Below are positions 38,491 through 49,929 of a stretch of DNA of 64,000 bases, piece after piece. The stretch is from positions 39,011-103,010 of the forward strand of contig NZ_DASQNA010000017.1 in assembly GCF_035645195.1 (NCBI RefSeq), given 5' to 3'. The translations under genes were made by a program, and so were the position numbers. A model generated the notes under the pieces. It made no database searches. It had not been told where the DNA came from and saw nothing but the letters and a program-made list of their open reading frames with translations. Source of the stretch: Paenibacillus sp. (GTDB lineage Bacteria; Bacillota; Bacilli; Paenibacillales; YIM-B00363). Every line of letters begins with the position of its first letter. Within the stretch, counting starts at the first letter, position 1.

Positions 38491-39714
38491 ATGAAAAGAA
38501 CAGTATTAAGAATTTTAACTTTAATATTTGGTAAGAAGCACTTGCACTATCTTATTAGTACTTTATTAAGAGTGTTACATCACCAAAAAGAAAAAATAAA
38601 GTTAAATGATAAAGTTTTATCGTTGGAAAATTTTTCTGTTGACGGATACGATTGCTTTTTTGGATATTATGATTTAAGTTCTATAAATGAAAAAAAGGAT
38701 AAACTATTAAGTATTGCTGTTGATAAGTCTAAAGAAGGTAAAGTTGGATTCTTTAATATCTTAACTAAGGAGTTTAATCAGATAGCTACAACTAATGCAT
38801 GGAACTGGCAAATGGGGAGTCGACTTAGATGGTTTGAGGATGATAGAAGTGTTTTATTTAATGATTATATTGATGGGCAATTTGTATCAAGAGTTTGTGA
38901 ACTAGATGGTACAGAAGTTAAGCGTTTTGATTATCCTTTATTTGATATTGATCACTCTAAATCTTATGGATATTATACAGATTTTTCAATACTTGATTAT
39001 TTAAGAAACGGTTATGGTTATTCGAATAAGAACATTAATTTCAAACAGTATTATAATACAAATAATAATGGTCTTTTTCAAGTTAACCTAAGTACTGGGA
39101 AGTCTACATTACTTATTTCCGTAGATGACATAGTTAATCATAAATCTAATGAAACAATGGAAAGTTGTTACCATTACTTTAATCATATCTCTGTTAATCC
39201 TTATAGTGGTGTAATAATGTTCTTTCATATTTGGACAGACTATAAGCTATCTGACTGGAAGTGTAGGATGGTGCTAGTTAAAAATGATGGCGAATTAATC
39301 AATATTATAGGTGATTTTGATAAAGTTTCGCATTATACGTGGAAGAATGAAACTGAAATATTGGCTACAGTAGTATCGAAAGGGAAGGTTGAATACAGGT
39401 TGTATAACATAAATAAAATCAATCCAATTCATATAAATGAGAGGCTTAATACCGATGGTCACCCAACCTATATTGACAATGATACTTTTATCACGGATAC
39501 ATATCCAAATAAGTTTTCTATGCAAAAATTACTGTGGTGTAATGAAAAAGATCTGACAGACCAGTTACTAGAAATATACCATCAACCTAAAAAAATTAAT
39601 GCGCTCAGATGTGATTTACATCCAAGATACAAAGATGGACTAGTTAATTTCGATAGTAATGTGCATGGAAGACGTAGTCAATTTTTAATAACAATAGATA
39701 AAAATAATAATTAA
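38491..39714 (+). CDS. Hypothetical beta-propeller-like protein in the polysaccharide cluster
   Basis: Soluble, aromatic-rich; FFGYYD, WNWQMGSRL, FNHISVNP, DGHPTY, TDTYP and RCDLHPR segments. Confidence 0.6.
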   Translation: MKRTVLRILTLIFGKKHLHYLISTLLRVLHHQKEKIKLNDKVLSLENFSVDGYDCFFGYYDLSSINEKKDKLLSIAVDKSKEGKVGFFNILTKEFNQIATTNAWNWQMGSRLRWFEDDRSVLFNDYIDGQFVSRVCELDGTEVKRFDYPLFDIDHSKSYGYYTDFSILDYLRNGYGYSNKNINFKQYYNTNNNGLFQVNLSTGKSTLLISVDDIVNHKSNETMESCYHYFNHISVNPYSGVIMFFHIWTDYKLSDWKCRMVLVKNDGELINIIGDFDKVSHYTWKNETEILATVVSKGKVEYRLYNINKINPIHINERLNTDGHPTYIDNDTFITDTYPNKFSMQKLLWCNEKDLTDQLLEIYHQPKKINALRCDLHPRYKDGLVNFDSNVHGRRSQFLITIDKNNN

Positions 39715-39777
39715 GATGTTATCATTTTACTAAACTCAAATGTTAATTATTTTGAAATTGATAGGAGAGAGGATTAA

Positions 39778-40953
39778 ATGAATCATATAATATTCGGGGG
39801 AAGTTTGGATATCAGGAAGGGTGGAAGTGCAGGGTATTTAGCTAATTTAAAAGTTGGACTAGATAATATAAATGCTACTGAAACTACAATTATATCAAAT
39901 CAGAATACAAATACTACTAAAATCCCAAGCGGAGCAAAAAGTAGATTTTCACCTCAGAATCTTGACAGTAGAGTAAGGGATTTTTACGAAGCATTCTTTG
40001 TGTTCAATTATTTCAGAAGACAAAAACATTTAGATAGATTAACTTCTAATATTACCATTAAAAATGAGGATAAATTACACTTTCATAATATATTTGATTA
40101 CTACTACTCTGAAAAAAGATTTATGAGTAATAAGAAATATTTAACTACCCACACACCTGAGAGTATAGCTATAGAATATACAAATCGACTTAAAGGACAA
40201 CATGATACTGAATATGATTTTCATATAATAAAAAATAAAATTAGGAAGATTGAAAAGAAAGTATTACAAAATTGCAAAAATTTTATATACCCTTCTAAAG
40301 AGTCACTTGAACCATACTATGAAACGATACCTGATTTTGATAAGTTTATAGATGGGAAAAACATACATTTTAACATGACTGGTTGCAAGGAATTAAAATA
40401 TAAGACAGATAAAAAAACATTTTTAAAACTGAATAATATCGAGGAAGATGCTTTTATTGTGTCCTTTGTAGGAAGACATAATAAAGTAAAAGGTTATGAC
40501 GTATTTTGTGAGGCTTTTAATAGAATAAATAAAATAGATAAAAAAATTATATTTATATCCGCAGGTAAAGGGGACATAGATTCACCATCTAATAAACAAT
40601 TCATTGATTTGGGTTGGACGGATGACCCGGGATCGCTAATTAATGCTTCTGATGTATTTGTATTACCTAATAATCGAACCTTTTTTGACTTAATATTGCT
40701 AGAGGTTCTTTCTTTGGGGAAAGCTGTTATTGCTTCCAAAACAGGAGGTAATAAAACAATAGCCCAACTCGAAAATACTGGGCTTGATTTATTTGAAAAG
40801 GGAGATATAGATGAGTTAGTTAAAAAGTTAATCCACTATAAAGAAAATAAAAATAAATTAGATGAAATGGGTAAATTTAATAGAGAGCTTTATTTGAAAT
40901 ATTTCACTCTAGAGAAATTTGCCGAAAGATATCAAAAAATTTTAGGAACCTAA
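39778..40953 (+). CDS. GT4 glycosyltransferase
   Basis: FVGRHNKVKG and FDLILLEVLSLGK (EX7E-like) motifs. Confidence 0.88.
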   Translation: MNHIIFGGSLDIRKGGSAGYLANLKVGLDNINATETTIISNQNTNTTKIPSGAKSRFSPQNLDSRVRDFYEAFFVFNYFRRQKHLDRLTSNITIKNEDKLHFHNIFDYYYSEKRFMSNKKYLTTHTPESIAIEYTNRLKGQHDTEYDFHIIKNKIRKIEKKVLQNCKNFIYPSKESLEPYYETIPDFDKFIDGKNIHFNMTGCKELKYKTDKKTFLKLNNIEEDAFIVSFVGRHNKVKGYDVFCEAFNRINKIDKKIIFISAGKGDIDSPSNKQFIDLGWTDDPGSLINASDVFVLPNNRTFFDLILLEVLSLGKAVIASKTGGNKTIAQLENTGLDLFEKGDIDELVKKLIHYKENKNKLDEMGKFNRELYLKYFTLEKFAERYQKILGT

Positions 40954-41014
40954 TACCTAAACAAATATTCCACAAGTAGAGCATTTTATTATTCTAATCT
41001 GCTTTACAAAAAAA

Positions 41015-41590
41015 GGTAGTGTTAAGAAGTATGTGTAAGGAGTTGTAGGAAATCCATCAGTACGTTGGATTCGCCAATTAGATTTAACTTTCTGAACTTT
41101 GATCTTGTGGAGAACGTAGCCGAAGCGAAACGCGGGGTTGGTTTTTTATTTCAACACCTCTGGGCGTTTGAAGGATGCGTTCCCCAAACACAATCAGTTT
41201 GTTCTTCGCGACAGGATCACTGTAACCCGAATTGAACGGTTTGCAGAACGTTCGTTGTAGTGGATAGAGTCGAAATATACAATTATCTTCAGCAGCATCT
41301 ATGTTCGTTAAGCTGTTCATTAGCTTGAGGCAATTACAATTTCTTTGTCACCCGCTCTATCGGGTTCGAGGTGTGTATTCCATCATTGACTGTCGCTGGG
41401 GACTTGTTAAACGTAAGATAAGCAGTGTACTGCTCTTCCCACGACTTGATTTCCTTGGGGTACAGCTTATTCGTCTTGGCTTTTACTGTGATGTACGCAG
41501 CAAATGCTAAGTCGTGCTCATGCGAGTTGTTATCTATTTCAGATTATCCATGAAGTCGGCCTTGTGCTAGGATTTCGGGCAGAAGAGCTA
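41015..41590 (-). mobile_element. IS256-family remnant, C-terminal part
   Basis: IR-like GGTAGTGTTAAGAAGTATGTGTA at 41015 matches 19 of 23 to the other IS256 end. Minus-strand fragments HKADFMDNLK, LYPKEIKSWEEQ and TSNPIER. Confidence 0.7.
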
Positions 41591-41639
41591 CAAAAGTTAA
41601 TACCGCGAAAGCCTTTACGTGAAGCTTAAGCGCAGCAGC

Positions 41640-43525
41640 ACGCTCGAGCTGGACTGGCGACCGGCGAAGCCCGAGTAGACTTTGGCGAAACAGATTTCTA
41701 CGACGCTAGCGGGGAAAAACGGATGTACAAGTTCCTCTGAGTCAGCTCTTCCTACAGCAATACCGGTTAAGTGCAGCTCTTCGGCGGAGAAACGGCAGAA
41801 TGCGTCGCCCATGGCCTGCAAGATTTGTTCCACCGCATCGGTGGCGTTCCGACGCGTCTCATCTTCGATAACGCCGGCGACGTAGGCCAACGCGTCAACG
41901 AGAACGTGCGGATGGCGGAGGTGTTTCTGCGTTTGAACGCATTACGCTTACAAATTAGGTACTGCAATCCTTACGCCGGTCACGAGAAAGGCAACGTGGT
42001 GAACAAGGTCGGCTACATGCGGCGGAACCTGTTCGTCCCTTTGCCGACCGTAACCGACGCGAGCACTACAAGAAAGGCATCTCCTGACCAAACACTATGA
42101 AGACGACAAGAAGACGTTCCTTTACCAGCCCAAGTATCCCTTCGCTGCCTGCCGCTACATGCGTGTAAAGACCGACGGCTACGACAAGTTCTTAATTTAA
42201 AGCAAACACTTCTACTCCTCCTCGCAGGAACGGGCCGGACGGGAACTGATCGTGCGGATCGGTGCTCACACGGTCGAGCCGTTGGCGCTTAATGGCGATC
42301 CAATTAATACACACATTCGCGTATTCTGCAAGCAACACCGACAACGTCGATATGTGGACGACTGGGGGTACGACTTCGACACGGCCATTCAGGCAATGGA
42401 GCAAGCGGTGGAGCTCGGACGGCTGACGAGTGCGAACAGCAACGTGCTTGCTGTTAGGCTGTCTAGTTTCGATCCGGAGGAAGGCAGCAGCGTTAATCTG
42501 GGCATCTACGGCAGTTTGCTTGAGCATGTGGAAGGTGCATTGCAATGATCCTGATCCGCGAACGCGAGACGCTCTGAAGATTTCCGCTTCCTGCAAGAAG
42601 CTCGTGCTTAGCCAACGTGCGGTAACGCTATGCGAGACGGAAGCTACGCCCAAGCAAGAGGAGTTTCCACACCGTGTGCTCGCCGGAAAATTAAAAGCCG
42701 GGAACGAAGCCGCCGCAGCCGACTCATGAGTCGGGCCGGATTTACAAGACGCTCGACGGCTATGATCGGCATAACGTGAAACTGCCATCGTCGCTGCAAT
42801 GGAGTGATTTGGCGGAAGGTACCTTCATTCAGGGCTGTCGTAACCTCGTGCTTTATGGCCCACCGGAAAGACGCACCTTGCGATTGCGATAGGGATCCGC
42901 GCGTGCGAACTCGGCATGACCGTAAAATTTAACACCGTGGCCGAACTTGTGATGCGACTGGCCGAAGCAAAAAGGGCAGGCACGCTCGAGGGGCTCATGA
43001 TCGAGATTCAATAGACCCAGCTGCTCATTCTGGGCGAATGGGGATATATCCGTGTCTACAAGGAGGAAGTCTCGCAGTTACTCTTCCGCGTCATTGCCGA
43101 CAGTTACGAGAGCCGTAGCCTTGTCATCACCACCAATCTCGATTTCTCCAAGTGGGGCTCCGTCTTTACCGACGACAGATGGCCGCGGCTATGATCGACC
43201 GGTTGGTGCTCGCCATCTGCTCGTATTTGAAGAAGAAAGTTACCGGATAAAGCATGCACTGATGAAAGAACGCTAGGAGGCGACTTTGTTGATCCGACAA
43301 GAGGATAGCGATAGTCTCGCTGAAATGGAAGCAGCCATTGAGCGCTTGCGAGAAGAGAACCGGTAACCGAAAGAGCAAAGCGACGCTCTCGGACAAGGAA
43401 ATTTAGTACTGTACCGAACGCTCATAGGATCAAATTATTGAAGCCAAAACCGAAGAAAAATACCCACGAGAATGGTGGGGAAAAATGCACGATTTTTTCG
43501 GGGGAATTTTGTTTGACGAAATACA
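41640..43525 (+). mobile_element. Degenerate IS21-family element (istA/istB pseudogenes)
   Basis: istA fragments GETAECVAHGL, GGVPTRLIFDN and YCNPYAGHEKGNV. istB fragments VAELVMRLAE, LLFRVIADSYE and ITTNLDFSKW. End-like sequence finishing in ACA at 43525. Confidence 0.8.
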
Positions 43526-43539
43526 GCGGTCAGGAAAGT

Positions 43540-43712
43540 TCCAACGGTACCTTTACCGTCGTGGTGCGCAAGAGGTACTGCTGGTGTGTTCGCTAGGCTG
43601 CCAGGGTTGAACGACGCCTATCGATTGAAGTATCCGAAGGCTGATGTACAGTAACCGCCTCTTCCAACCATCCGTCTGGTAGTCATCGAGCAGGGTTCTT
43701 TTTTTGGTGACG
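43540..43712. mobile_element. Further IS256 fragments in opposite orientations
   Basis: Plus strand RGAQEVLL...LKYPKADVQ; minus strand DGWLEEA immediately after. Confidence 0.55.
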
Positions 43713-43816
43713 TCACAGCAATCCCTAGAAGAATATTATACTCTTTTGTGATTGAATAGGCCAAACTTTGATACGAAAGCAATTTTACGTCATCAAAAAA
43801 GAAGGACAATGTAGTC

Positions 43817-45328
43817 ATGAGAGCAAAAAAAGCGTTATATTGTACTATTACATCTTTCGCGTTTCAATTTTTGGCAATTATAGTTGGTTTTATACAACCT
43901 AGAATCCTAATTGAAGTGTATGGCTCTTCGACAAATGGACTAGTAATGGCAATTGCACAGTTTATTAGATATTTTAGTGTATTAGAGTTAGGATTGGCTG
44001 GTGCAGTTATATATAAACTTTATAAGCCATTAGAAGTTGAGGATAACAATGATATTAATAAAATATTGTCATCAACTAAACATTATTATTGGAGAATTGG
44101 AATTGTTTATTCAACTTTAGTGATTGGCTTTTCTTCTATATATCCTTTTATTATAAATGCAGAAGAGATTCCAAAAATTACTGTATTTTTGTTAGTATTA
44201 ATTGTGGGTTGTTCAGGTTCAATTGAATTCTTTTTGTTATCAAAATATCGCGTTTTATTAGTAGCAGATCAAAGAAGTTATGTTATCAATTTAGTTTCAA
44301 TATTAGTTTTAATCATAAATTCAATAATTATAATTGGTATGGCATTATTAGATTTTAATATTGCATTAGTGCAGTCAACAGCTCTTTCAACTTACTTCAT
44401 AAGGTTTGCAATAATTTATTTTTATATTAAGAGAAAATATCCAAATGTTAATTATAATTTTAAGGGGCATTATATATCATTTGATAATAGGAACGATGTC
44501 TTGATAATGCAAGTGGCCGGACTTTTAATTTGGAACAGTCCATTTTTTATTATTTCAATACTTATAGGAGTAACTGAAGTAAGTATATACGCAATTTATA
44601 ACTTGGTTTTTAGTGGACTTGATGGAGTATTAAGTTCATTAAATAATGGATTACAGGCTGGTTTTGGCAGGTTGTTAGCTACCCAAAAAAGAAATATTTT
44701 TATAAAAGCATATAAAGAATATGAATTAATAAGTTTCACCATTTCTAGCTGGATGTTTTCATGTTCGGCAATTTTAATTCTGCCATTTATAAATGTATAT
44801 ACTAAGGGAATAACAGATGCCAATTATATTAATCCCATTCTAGCATTTTTATTTGTTATTACGTATTTTGTCGGAAAAGGTCTTACAATGCCTTACATGA
44901 CAATAGTTAATTCTGCTGGCTTATTTAAAGAGGTAAGTAAACCACTCCTAATTACAAGTATAACTAGTATTTTACTCTCGATATTATTTGCGATGTTATA
45001 TAGAATTGAAGGGATATTAGTTATAACATTTTTTACTGTAACTATTGTTCTCGTGATATTCATAAAAGTTGCTACCACTAAAGTAACAGAAATAGCTATA
45101 AGGGCAACTATTTTTAATATTTTAAAAACATTGTCGATCAGTATTATAGGTATAGTAACATTTGATTATATATGTCCATTAGATATATCTAACTATAAAG
45201 ATTGGGTAATCACGGCGATAATAGCAACATTTTGGATAGGGTTTGTGTTAATTGTTGGAAACCTTCTATTAAATAGAACGGCTTTTTTAGAAGTATTAAA
45301 GAGAGTGAAAGCCGTTATGAAAAAATAA
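43817..45328 (+). CDS. wzx: Wzx flippase (MOP family)
   Basis: 503 aa, multiple TM helices, VYGSSTNGL and LELGLAGA motifs. Confidence 0.88.
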   Translation: MRAKKALYCTITSFAFQFLAIIVGFIQPRILIEVYGSSTNGLVMAIAQFIRYFSVLELGLAGAVIYKLYKPLEVEDNNDINKILSSTKHYYWRIGIVYSTLVIGFSSIYPFIINAEEIPKITVFLLVLIVGCSGSIEFFLLSKYRVLLVADQRSYVINLVSILVLIINSIIIIGMALLDFNIALVQSTALSTYFIRFAIIYFYIKRKYPNVNYNFKGHYISFDNRNDVLIMQVAGLLIWNSPFFIISILIGVTEVSIYAIYNLVFSGLDGVLSSLNNGLQAGFGRLLATQKRNIFIKAYKEYELISFTISSWMFSCSAILILPFINVYTKGITDANYINPILAFLFVITYFVGKGLTMPYMTIVNSAGLFKEVSKPLLITSITSILLSILFAMLYRIEGILVITFFTVTIVLVIFIKVATTKVTEIAIRATIFNILKTLSISIIGIVTFDYICPLDISNYKDWVITAIIATFWIGFVLIVGNLLLNRTAFLEVLKRVKAVMKK

Positions 45329-45337
45329 GGAGATACG

Positions 45338-46309
45338 GTGCTGATGCATATCGCAATGGCGAGTGATGATAATTATGTGCAGCATATGGCGGTTGCTATA
45401 TGTTCTGTATTGGAAAATAATAAAGATACAAATTTGGTCACTTTTCATATTTTGGATAATGGCATTCGTATAGAAAATAAAAAAAGATTATTAAATTTGG
45501 TGAATTCATACAAAAGAGAAATTGTCTTTTATGACTTCAGTAATATGGAGGAGAAATTTGGGTTTATAGCTGAATTATCCGAACCTCCATTGCCAATTGT
45601 TACTTATGCTAGAATTTTTTTGCCTGAGATTTTACCAAAAAATATATGTAAAGTACTTTATATGGATGTTGATATGGTTTGTGCAGGGTCATTAAAAGAA
45701 TTATGGAATACTGAATTTAAAGGGAATTTAATAGCAGGAGTTCTAGACACAGCACCACCGGACACAAAACTAAAAGTAGGTTTAGATAAGGATAGTGTTT
45801 ACGTTAATGCTGGGATGCTAATGATTAATATAGAGCAATGGCGTAGGGAGGAAATAACAAAACAATTAGTAGAATTTATTGAATTACATAAAGGTAAGGT
45901 TTTCCATAATGATCAAGGGACAATTAACGGAATTATGTCAAATAGAACATTAGTATTACATCCAAGATATAATGTTTTAACAACCTATTTTATGATATCT
46001 TATAAAAAAATGGTAAAAAGATTTAAGTTAGAAAAGTTTTATAGCCCTGGTGAAATAAGGGGTGCTATCGAAAGACCGATTATTATACATTTTGTTGTAT
46101 TTACTACGACTCGCCCATGGGAAGAGAATTGCAGACATCCTAAACAATCATTATACAAGTATTATCTTAATATGACTGAATGGAAAAATGAAAAGTTAAA
46201 AAAGGACAAACGGTCTATTAAAAATAGAATGGTCCATCTTCTTTATGAGAAAACTCCAATTTTTTTATATGATAACATTTTAAAATTGTATCAAAAAATC
46301 AAGAATTAG
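45338..46309 (+). CDS. GT8 glycosyltransferase
   Basis: ASDDNY, YMDVD (DxD), VNAGML, NDQGTIN and TRPW motifs. Confidence 0.92.
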   Translation: MLMHIAMASDDNYVQHMAVAICSVLENNKDTNLVTFHILDNGIRIENKKRLLNLVNSYKREIVFYDFSNMEEKFGFIAELSEPPLPIVTYARIFLPEILPKNICKVLYMDVDMVCAGSLKELWNTEFKGNLIAGVLDTAPPDTKLKVGLDKDSVYVNAGMLMINIEQWRREEITKQLVEFIELHKGKVFHNDQGTINGIMSNRTLVLHPRYNVLTTYFMISYKKMVKRFKLEKFYSPGEIRGAIERPIIIHFVVFTTTRPWEENCRHPKQSLYKYYLNMTEWKNEKLKKDKRSIKNRMVHLLYEKTPIFLYDNILKLYQKIKN

Positions 46310-46329
46310 ATAAATAGAAAGGAAAGGAA

Positions 46330-47460
46330 ATGAATATGAAAAGCAAATATGATTTCCTCATTGTTGGAGCAGGTTTATTTGGTGCAACTTTTGCTTTTGA
46401 GGCAAATAAACGTGGGAAAAAATGTTTGGTCATTGATCGAAGAAATCATATCGGTGGGAATGTTTACTGTGAAAATATTGAAGGAATAAATGTTCACAAG
46501 TATGGTGCACATATATTTCATACAAATAGTAAGGAAATTTGGGAATACGTAAATCAATTTGCAGAATTTAATAGATATACGAATTCCCCGATAGCTAATT
46601 ATAAGGGAGAGATTTTCAATCTTCCATTTAATATGAATACCTTTAATAAACTTTGGGGGGTAGTTACCCCCAAGGAAGCAATGGATAAAATTAACGAACA
46701 GAGAGCCGAAGCTGGTATAATAGAACCTAAAAATTTAGAGGAACAAGCTATATCATTAGTTGGCACAGATATTTATGAAAAGTTGATTAAGGGCTATACT
46801 GAAAAACAATGGGGAAGAAGTGCTAGTGAGTTGCCTGCATTTATAATTAAGAGATTACCGGTAAGGTTTAATTATGATAATAATTATTTTAATGATAAAT
46901 ATCAAGGTATACCGGAAGGTGGATATAATAAAATTATTGAGAAAATGTTGGAAGGTATTGATGTAAAACTTAATATTGATTTCTTTAGAGAAAGAAATGA
47001 TCTAGAAACTCAGGCCGAGAAGATTGTATTTACAGGAATGATAGATGAATTCTTTAATTATCAGTTTGGAAAATTGGAATATAGAAGCTTGCAATTTGAA
47101 AATGAAATTCATCAAACGGACAATTATCAGGGGAATGCAGTTGTTAATTATACTGATAGCAAAACACCTTACACACGAATAATAGAGCATAAACATTTTG
47201 AATTTGGTACACAAGATAAAACAGTTATTACTAAAGAATATCCAGTTGAATGGGCTCCTGGTGATGAACCATACTACCCAATTAACAATGATAAAAATAA
47301 CCTGATTTACAAAAAGTATAGAGAGTTATCAGAGAAACAAAATAATATTATCTTTGGTGGTAGACTAGCTACGTACAAATATTATGATATGCACCAAGTA
47401 ATTGGAGCTGCCCTTAAAGCAGTTGAAAAAGAATTTGATACTTCTTTACTTAATGAATAG
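46330..47460 (+). CDS. glf: UDP-galactopyranose mutase
   Basis: VGAGLFG, HIGGN, HKYGAHIFHT, GRLATYKYYDM. Confidence 0.96.
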   Translation: MNMKSKYDFLIVGAGLFGATFAFEANKRGKKCLVIDRRNHIGGNVYCENIEGINVHKYGAHIFHTNSKEIWEYVNQFAEFNRYTNSPIANYKGEIFNLPFNMNTFNKLWGVVTPKEAMDKINEQRAEAGIIEPKNLEEQAISLVGTDIYEKLIKGYTEKQWGRSASELPAFIIKRLPVRFNYDNNYFNDKYQGIPEGGYNKIIEKMLEGIDVKLNIDFFRERNDLETQAEKIVFTGMIDEFFNYQFGKLEYRSLQFENEIHQTDNYQGNAVVNYTDSKTPYTRIIEHKHFEFGTQDKTVITKEYPVEWAPGDEPYYPINNDKNNLIYKKYRELSEKQNNIIFGGRLATYKYYDMHQVIGAALKAVEKEFDTSLLNE

Positions 47461-47552
47461 TTTAGATTTAAGAGAAAACTATTTTCCATAACACCCCTAC
47501 GAGTTTTTTTAGCTTGTTTTAAGTGATAGAGAAAAAGGCAGGTGCAATTTCC

Positions 47553-48923
47553 TTGTATAAAATAACAGTTGCAGGTACTGGTTATGTTGGCATAGTGGCA
47601 GGTGTATGTTTTGCTGAAGTGGGTCATAAGGTAACTTGTGTTGATATAGATGAAAAAAAAGTAGAATTAATGAGGTCGGGAGTTCCCCCCATTTATGAAA
47701 CAGGTTTAGAAGATTTAATGAAAAAAAATTATTCTGCTGGAAGGATTGAGTATACAACAGACTTCAAGTCAGCCTACAAAGATGCCGATGCAATTTTTAT
47801 AGGTGTAGGCACCCCGGAACAACCTGATGGCTCTGCAAATTTATCATACATTGCTACAGTCGCTAGGCAAATTGCTGAATCAGTAGAAAAAGATTGTCTA
47901 GTAGTAGTTAAATCGACAGTTCCAGTTGGAACGAATGACAAAGTGGAGCAGTTTATTCAGGACTTCTTAATTAAAGATGTGAAAGTTGAAGTAGCATCAA
48001 ACCCTGAATTCCTAGCGCAAGGATCTGCAGTACATGATACCCTTCATGCTGAGAGAATCATTGTTGGGACAGAAAGTAAGTGGGCTGAGGAATTATTAAC
48101 GAAGATCTATGAACCGTTTCATTTACCGATTGTTTCAGTAAATAGAAGATCGGCAGAAATGATAAAATATGCATCCAATGATTTCCTTGCATTAAAAATT
48201 TCGTATATGAACGACATAGCTAATCTTTGTGAATTGGTTGGAGCGGATATTCAGGATGTAGCTAAGGGAATGAGCTATGATGAGCGTATTGGAAGTAAGT
48301 TCTTAAATGCAGGGGTTGGCTTTGGTGGATCGTGCTTCCCTAAGGATACAAAAGCGCTTGAATATATTGCTAAACAGAACGGTTATGAGCTCAAAACGGT
48401 AAAAGCGGCTATTGATGTAAACAAAGAACAAAAAACAATACTTTATAAGAAGGCTAGTAAGAGACTCATCACATTTAATGGTCTTAAGGTTGCGGTGTTA
48501 GGATTAACTTTTAAGCCTGGAACGGATGATTTAAGAGAGGCAGCATCTCTTAAGAATGTGCCCTTATTATTAGAACAAGGTGCAGAAATTTATGCTTATG
48601 ATCCCGTTGGTGCGGAAAAATTCGCCGAAGTTTATCCAGGGGGTAAGAATGGAAAAGGGAGCATCACTTATGTTTCCAACATCGAGAATGCTTTGGAAGG
48701 TGCAAATGTCTGTTTTATATTTACCGAGTGGGGGGAAATAAAAAAAGTAATACCTGAAACCTATAAGAAATTAATGCGGACACCATTAGTATATGATGGT
48801 AGAAACATATATGCTGTTGAGGATATGCAAGAAGCAGGAGTAGAGTATCACTCAATCGGAAGAAAACCTGCAATTAGAGCAGCTGTTAAGGAGTCGAAGA
48901 ATCTTGAATTACAAAACTCTTGA
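47553..48923 (+). CDS. ugd: UDP-glucose 6-dehydrogenase
   Basis: GTGYVG, SNPEFL and GFGGSCFPKD motifs; probable TTG start. Confidence 0.94.
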   Translation: MYKITVAGTGYVGIVAGVCFAEVGHKVTCVDIDEKKVELMRSGVPPIYETGLEDLMKKNYSAGRIEYTTDFKSAYKDADAIFIGVGTPEQPDGSANLSYIATVARQIAESVEKDCLVVVKSTVPVGTNDKVEQFIQDFLIKDVKVEVASNPEFLAQGSAVHDTLHAERIIVGTESKWAEELLTKIYEPFHLPIVSVNRRSAEMIKYASNDFLALKISYMNDIANLCELVGADIQDVAKGMSYDERIGSKFLNAGVGFGGSCFPKDTKALEYIAKQNGYELKTVKAAIDVNKEQKTILYKKASKRLITFNGLKVAVLGLTFKPGTDDLREAASLKNVPLLLEQGAEIYAYDPVGAEKFAEVYPGGKNGKGSITYVSNIENALEGANVCFIFTEWGEIKKVIPETYKKLMRTPLVYDGRNIYAVEDMQEAGVEYHSIGRKPAIRAAVKESKNLELQNS

Positions 48924-49929
48924 TCTTAGTAAAACATATATGATTACTGGAGCAGCAGGTTTTATTGGATATCACTTATCTAAAAAACTTTTAGAACAGG
49001 GTTGCCAAGTGGTTGGTATTGATAACATCAATGACTACTATGATGTGTACCTTAAACATACTCGTTTAGGGATTTTGGAACCTTACGAGAAGTTTACTTT
49101 TATTAAAGGTGACATATCAGACAAAGATTTGGTAATGAAGGCCTTTGAAGAGTATAAGCCTAATATTGTAGTAAACCTCGCTGCTCAAGCAGGAGTAAGG
49201 TATTCAATAGAGAATCCGGATGTCTATATTCAAAGTAATATCATTGGCTTTTACAATATCCTTGAGGCATGTAGATACAATCCAGTGGACCATCTTGTAT
49301 ATGCATCGTCTAGTTCAGTTTATGGAGCCAATAAGAAGGTTCCGTTTGAAGAAACAGATTTTGTTGACAATCCAGTTTCATTATATGCAGCTACTAAGAA
49401 ATCAAACGAATTAATGGCACATACATATAGCCATCTTTATAAGATTCCAGCTACAGGGCTTCGATTCTTCACTGTTTATGGACCAATGGGTCGACCAGAT
49501 ATGGCCTATTTTGGATTTACAAATAAGTATTTTGCAGGTGAACCAATAAGAATATTTAATAATGGTGATTTTGAAAATGACCTCTATCGTGACTTTACTT
49601 ATATAGATGACATCGTTGAGGGAATCGAACGACTATTAAGTAATCCACCAGAAGGTGAAGTTCGACATAAAGTTTACAATATCGGAAACAACAGCCCAGA
49701 GAAGTTGATGCGGTTTATTGAAACACTTGAGAAAGCATTAAGTAATGCATTAGGCAAAGAAGTGCAATTTCAAAAGATATTTGAGCTTATTAAGTCAGGT
49801 GATGTACCGGCTACTTATGCTTCGACCGATCAATTGCAGGAAGCTGTGGGCTTTAGACCAGCGACTACTATTGAAGAGGGTCTACAAAAGTTTGCGGAAT
49901 GGTATGTGGATTATTATAAGGTGAAGTGA
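48904..49929 (+). CDS. UDP-glucuronate 4-epimerase-like SDR
   Basis: TGAAGFIG, LAAQAGVRYS, YAATKK and GRPDMAY motifs. Confidence 0.9.
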   Translation: MNYKTLDLSKTYMITGAAGFIGYHLSKKLLEQGCQVVGIDNINDYYDVYLKHTRLGILEPYEKFTFIKGDISDKDLVMKAFEEYKPNIVVNLAAQAGVRYSIENPDVYIQSNIIGFYNILEACRYNPVDHLVYASSSSVYGANKKVPFEETDFVDNPVSLYAATKKSNELMAHTYSHLYKIPATGLRFFTVYGPMGRPDMAYFGFTNKYFAGEPIRIFNNGDFENDLYRDFTYIDDIVEGIERLLSNPPEGEVRHKVYNIGNNSPEKLMRFIETLEKALSNALGKEVQFQKIFELIKSGDVPATYASTDQLQEAVGFRPATTIEEGLQKFAEWYVDYYKVK

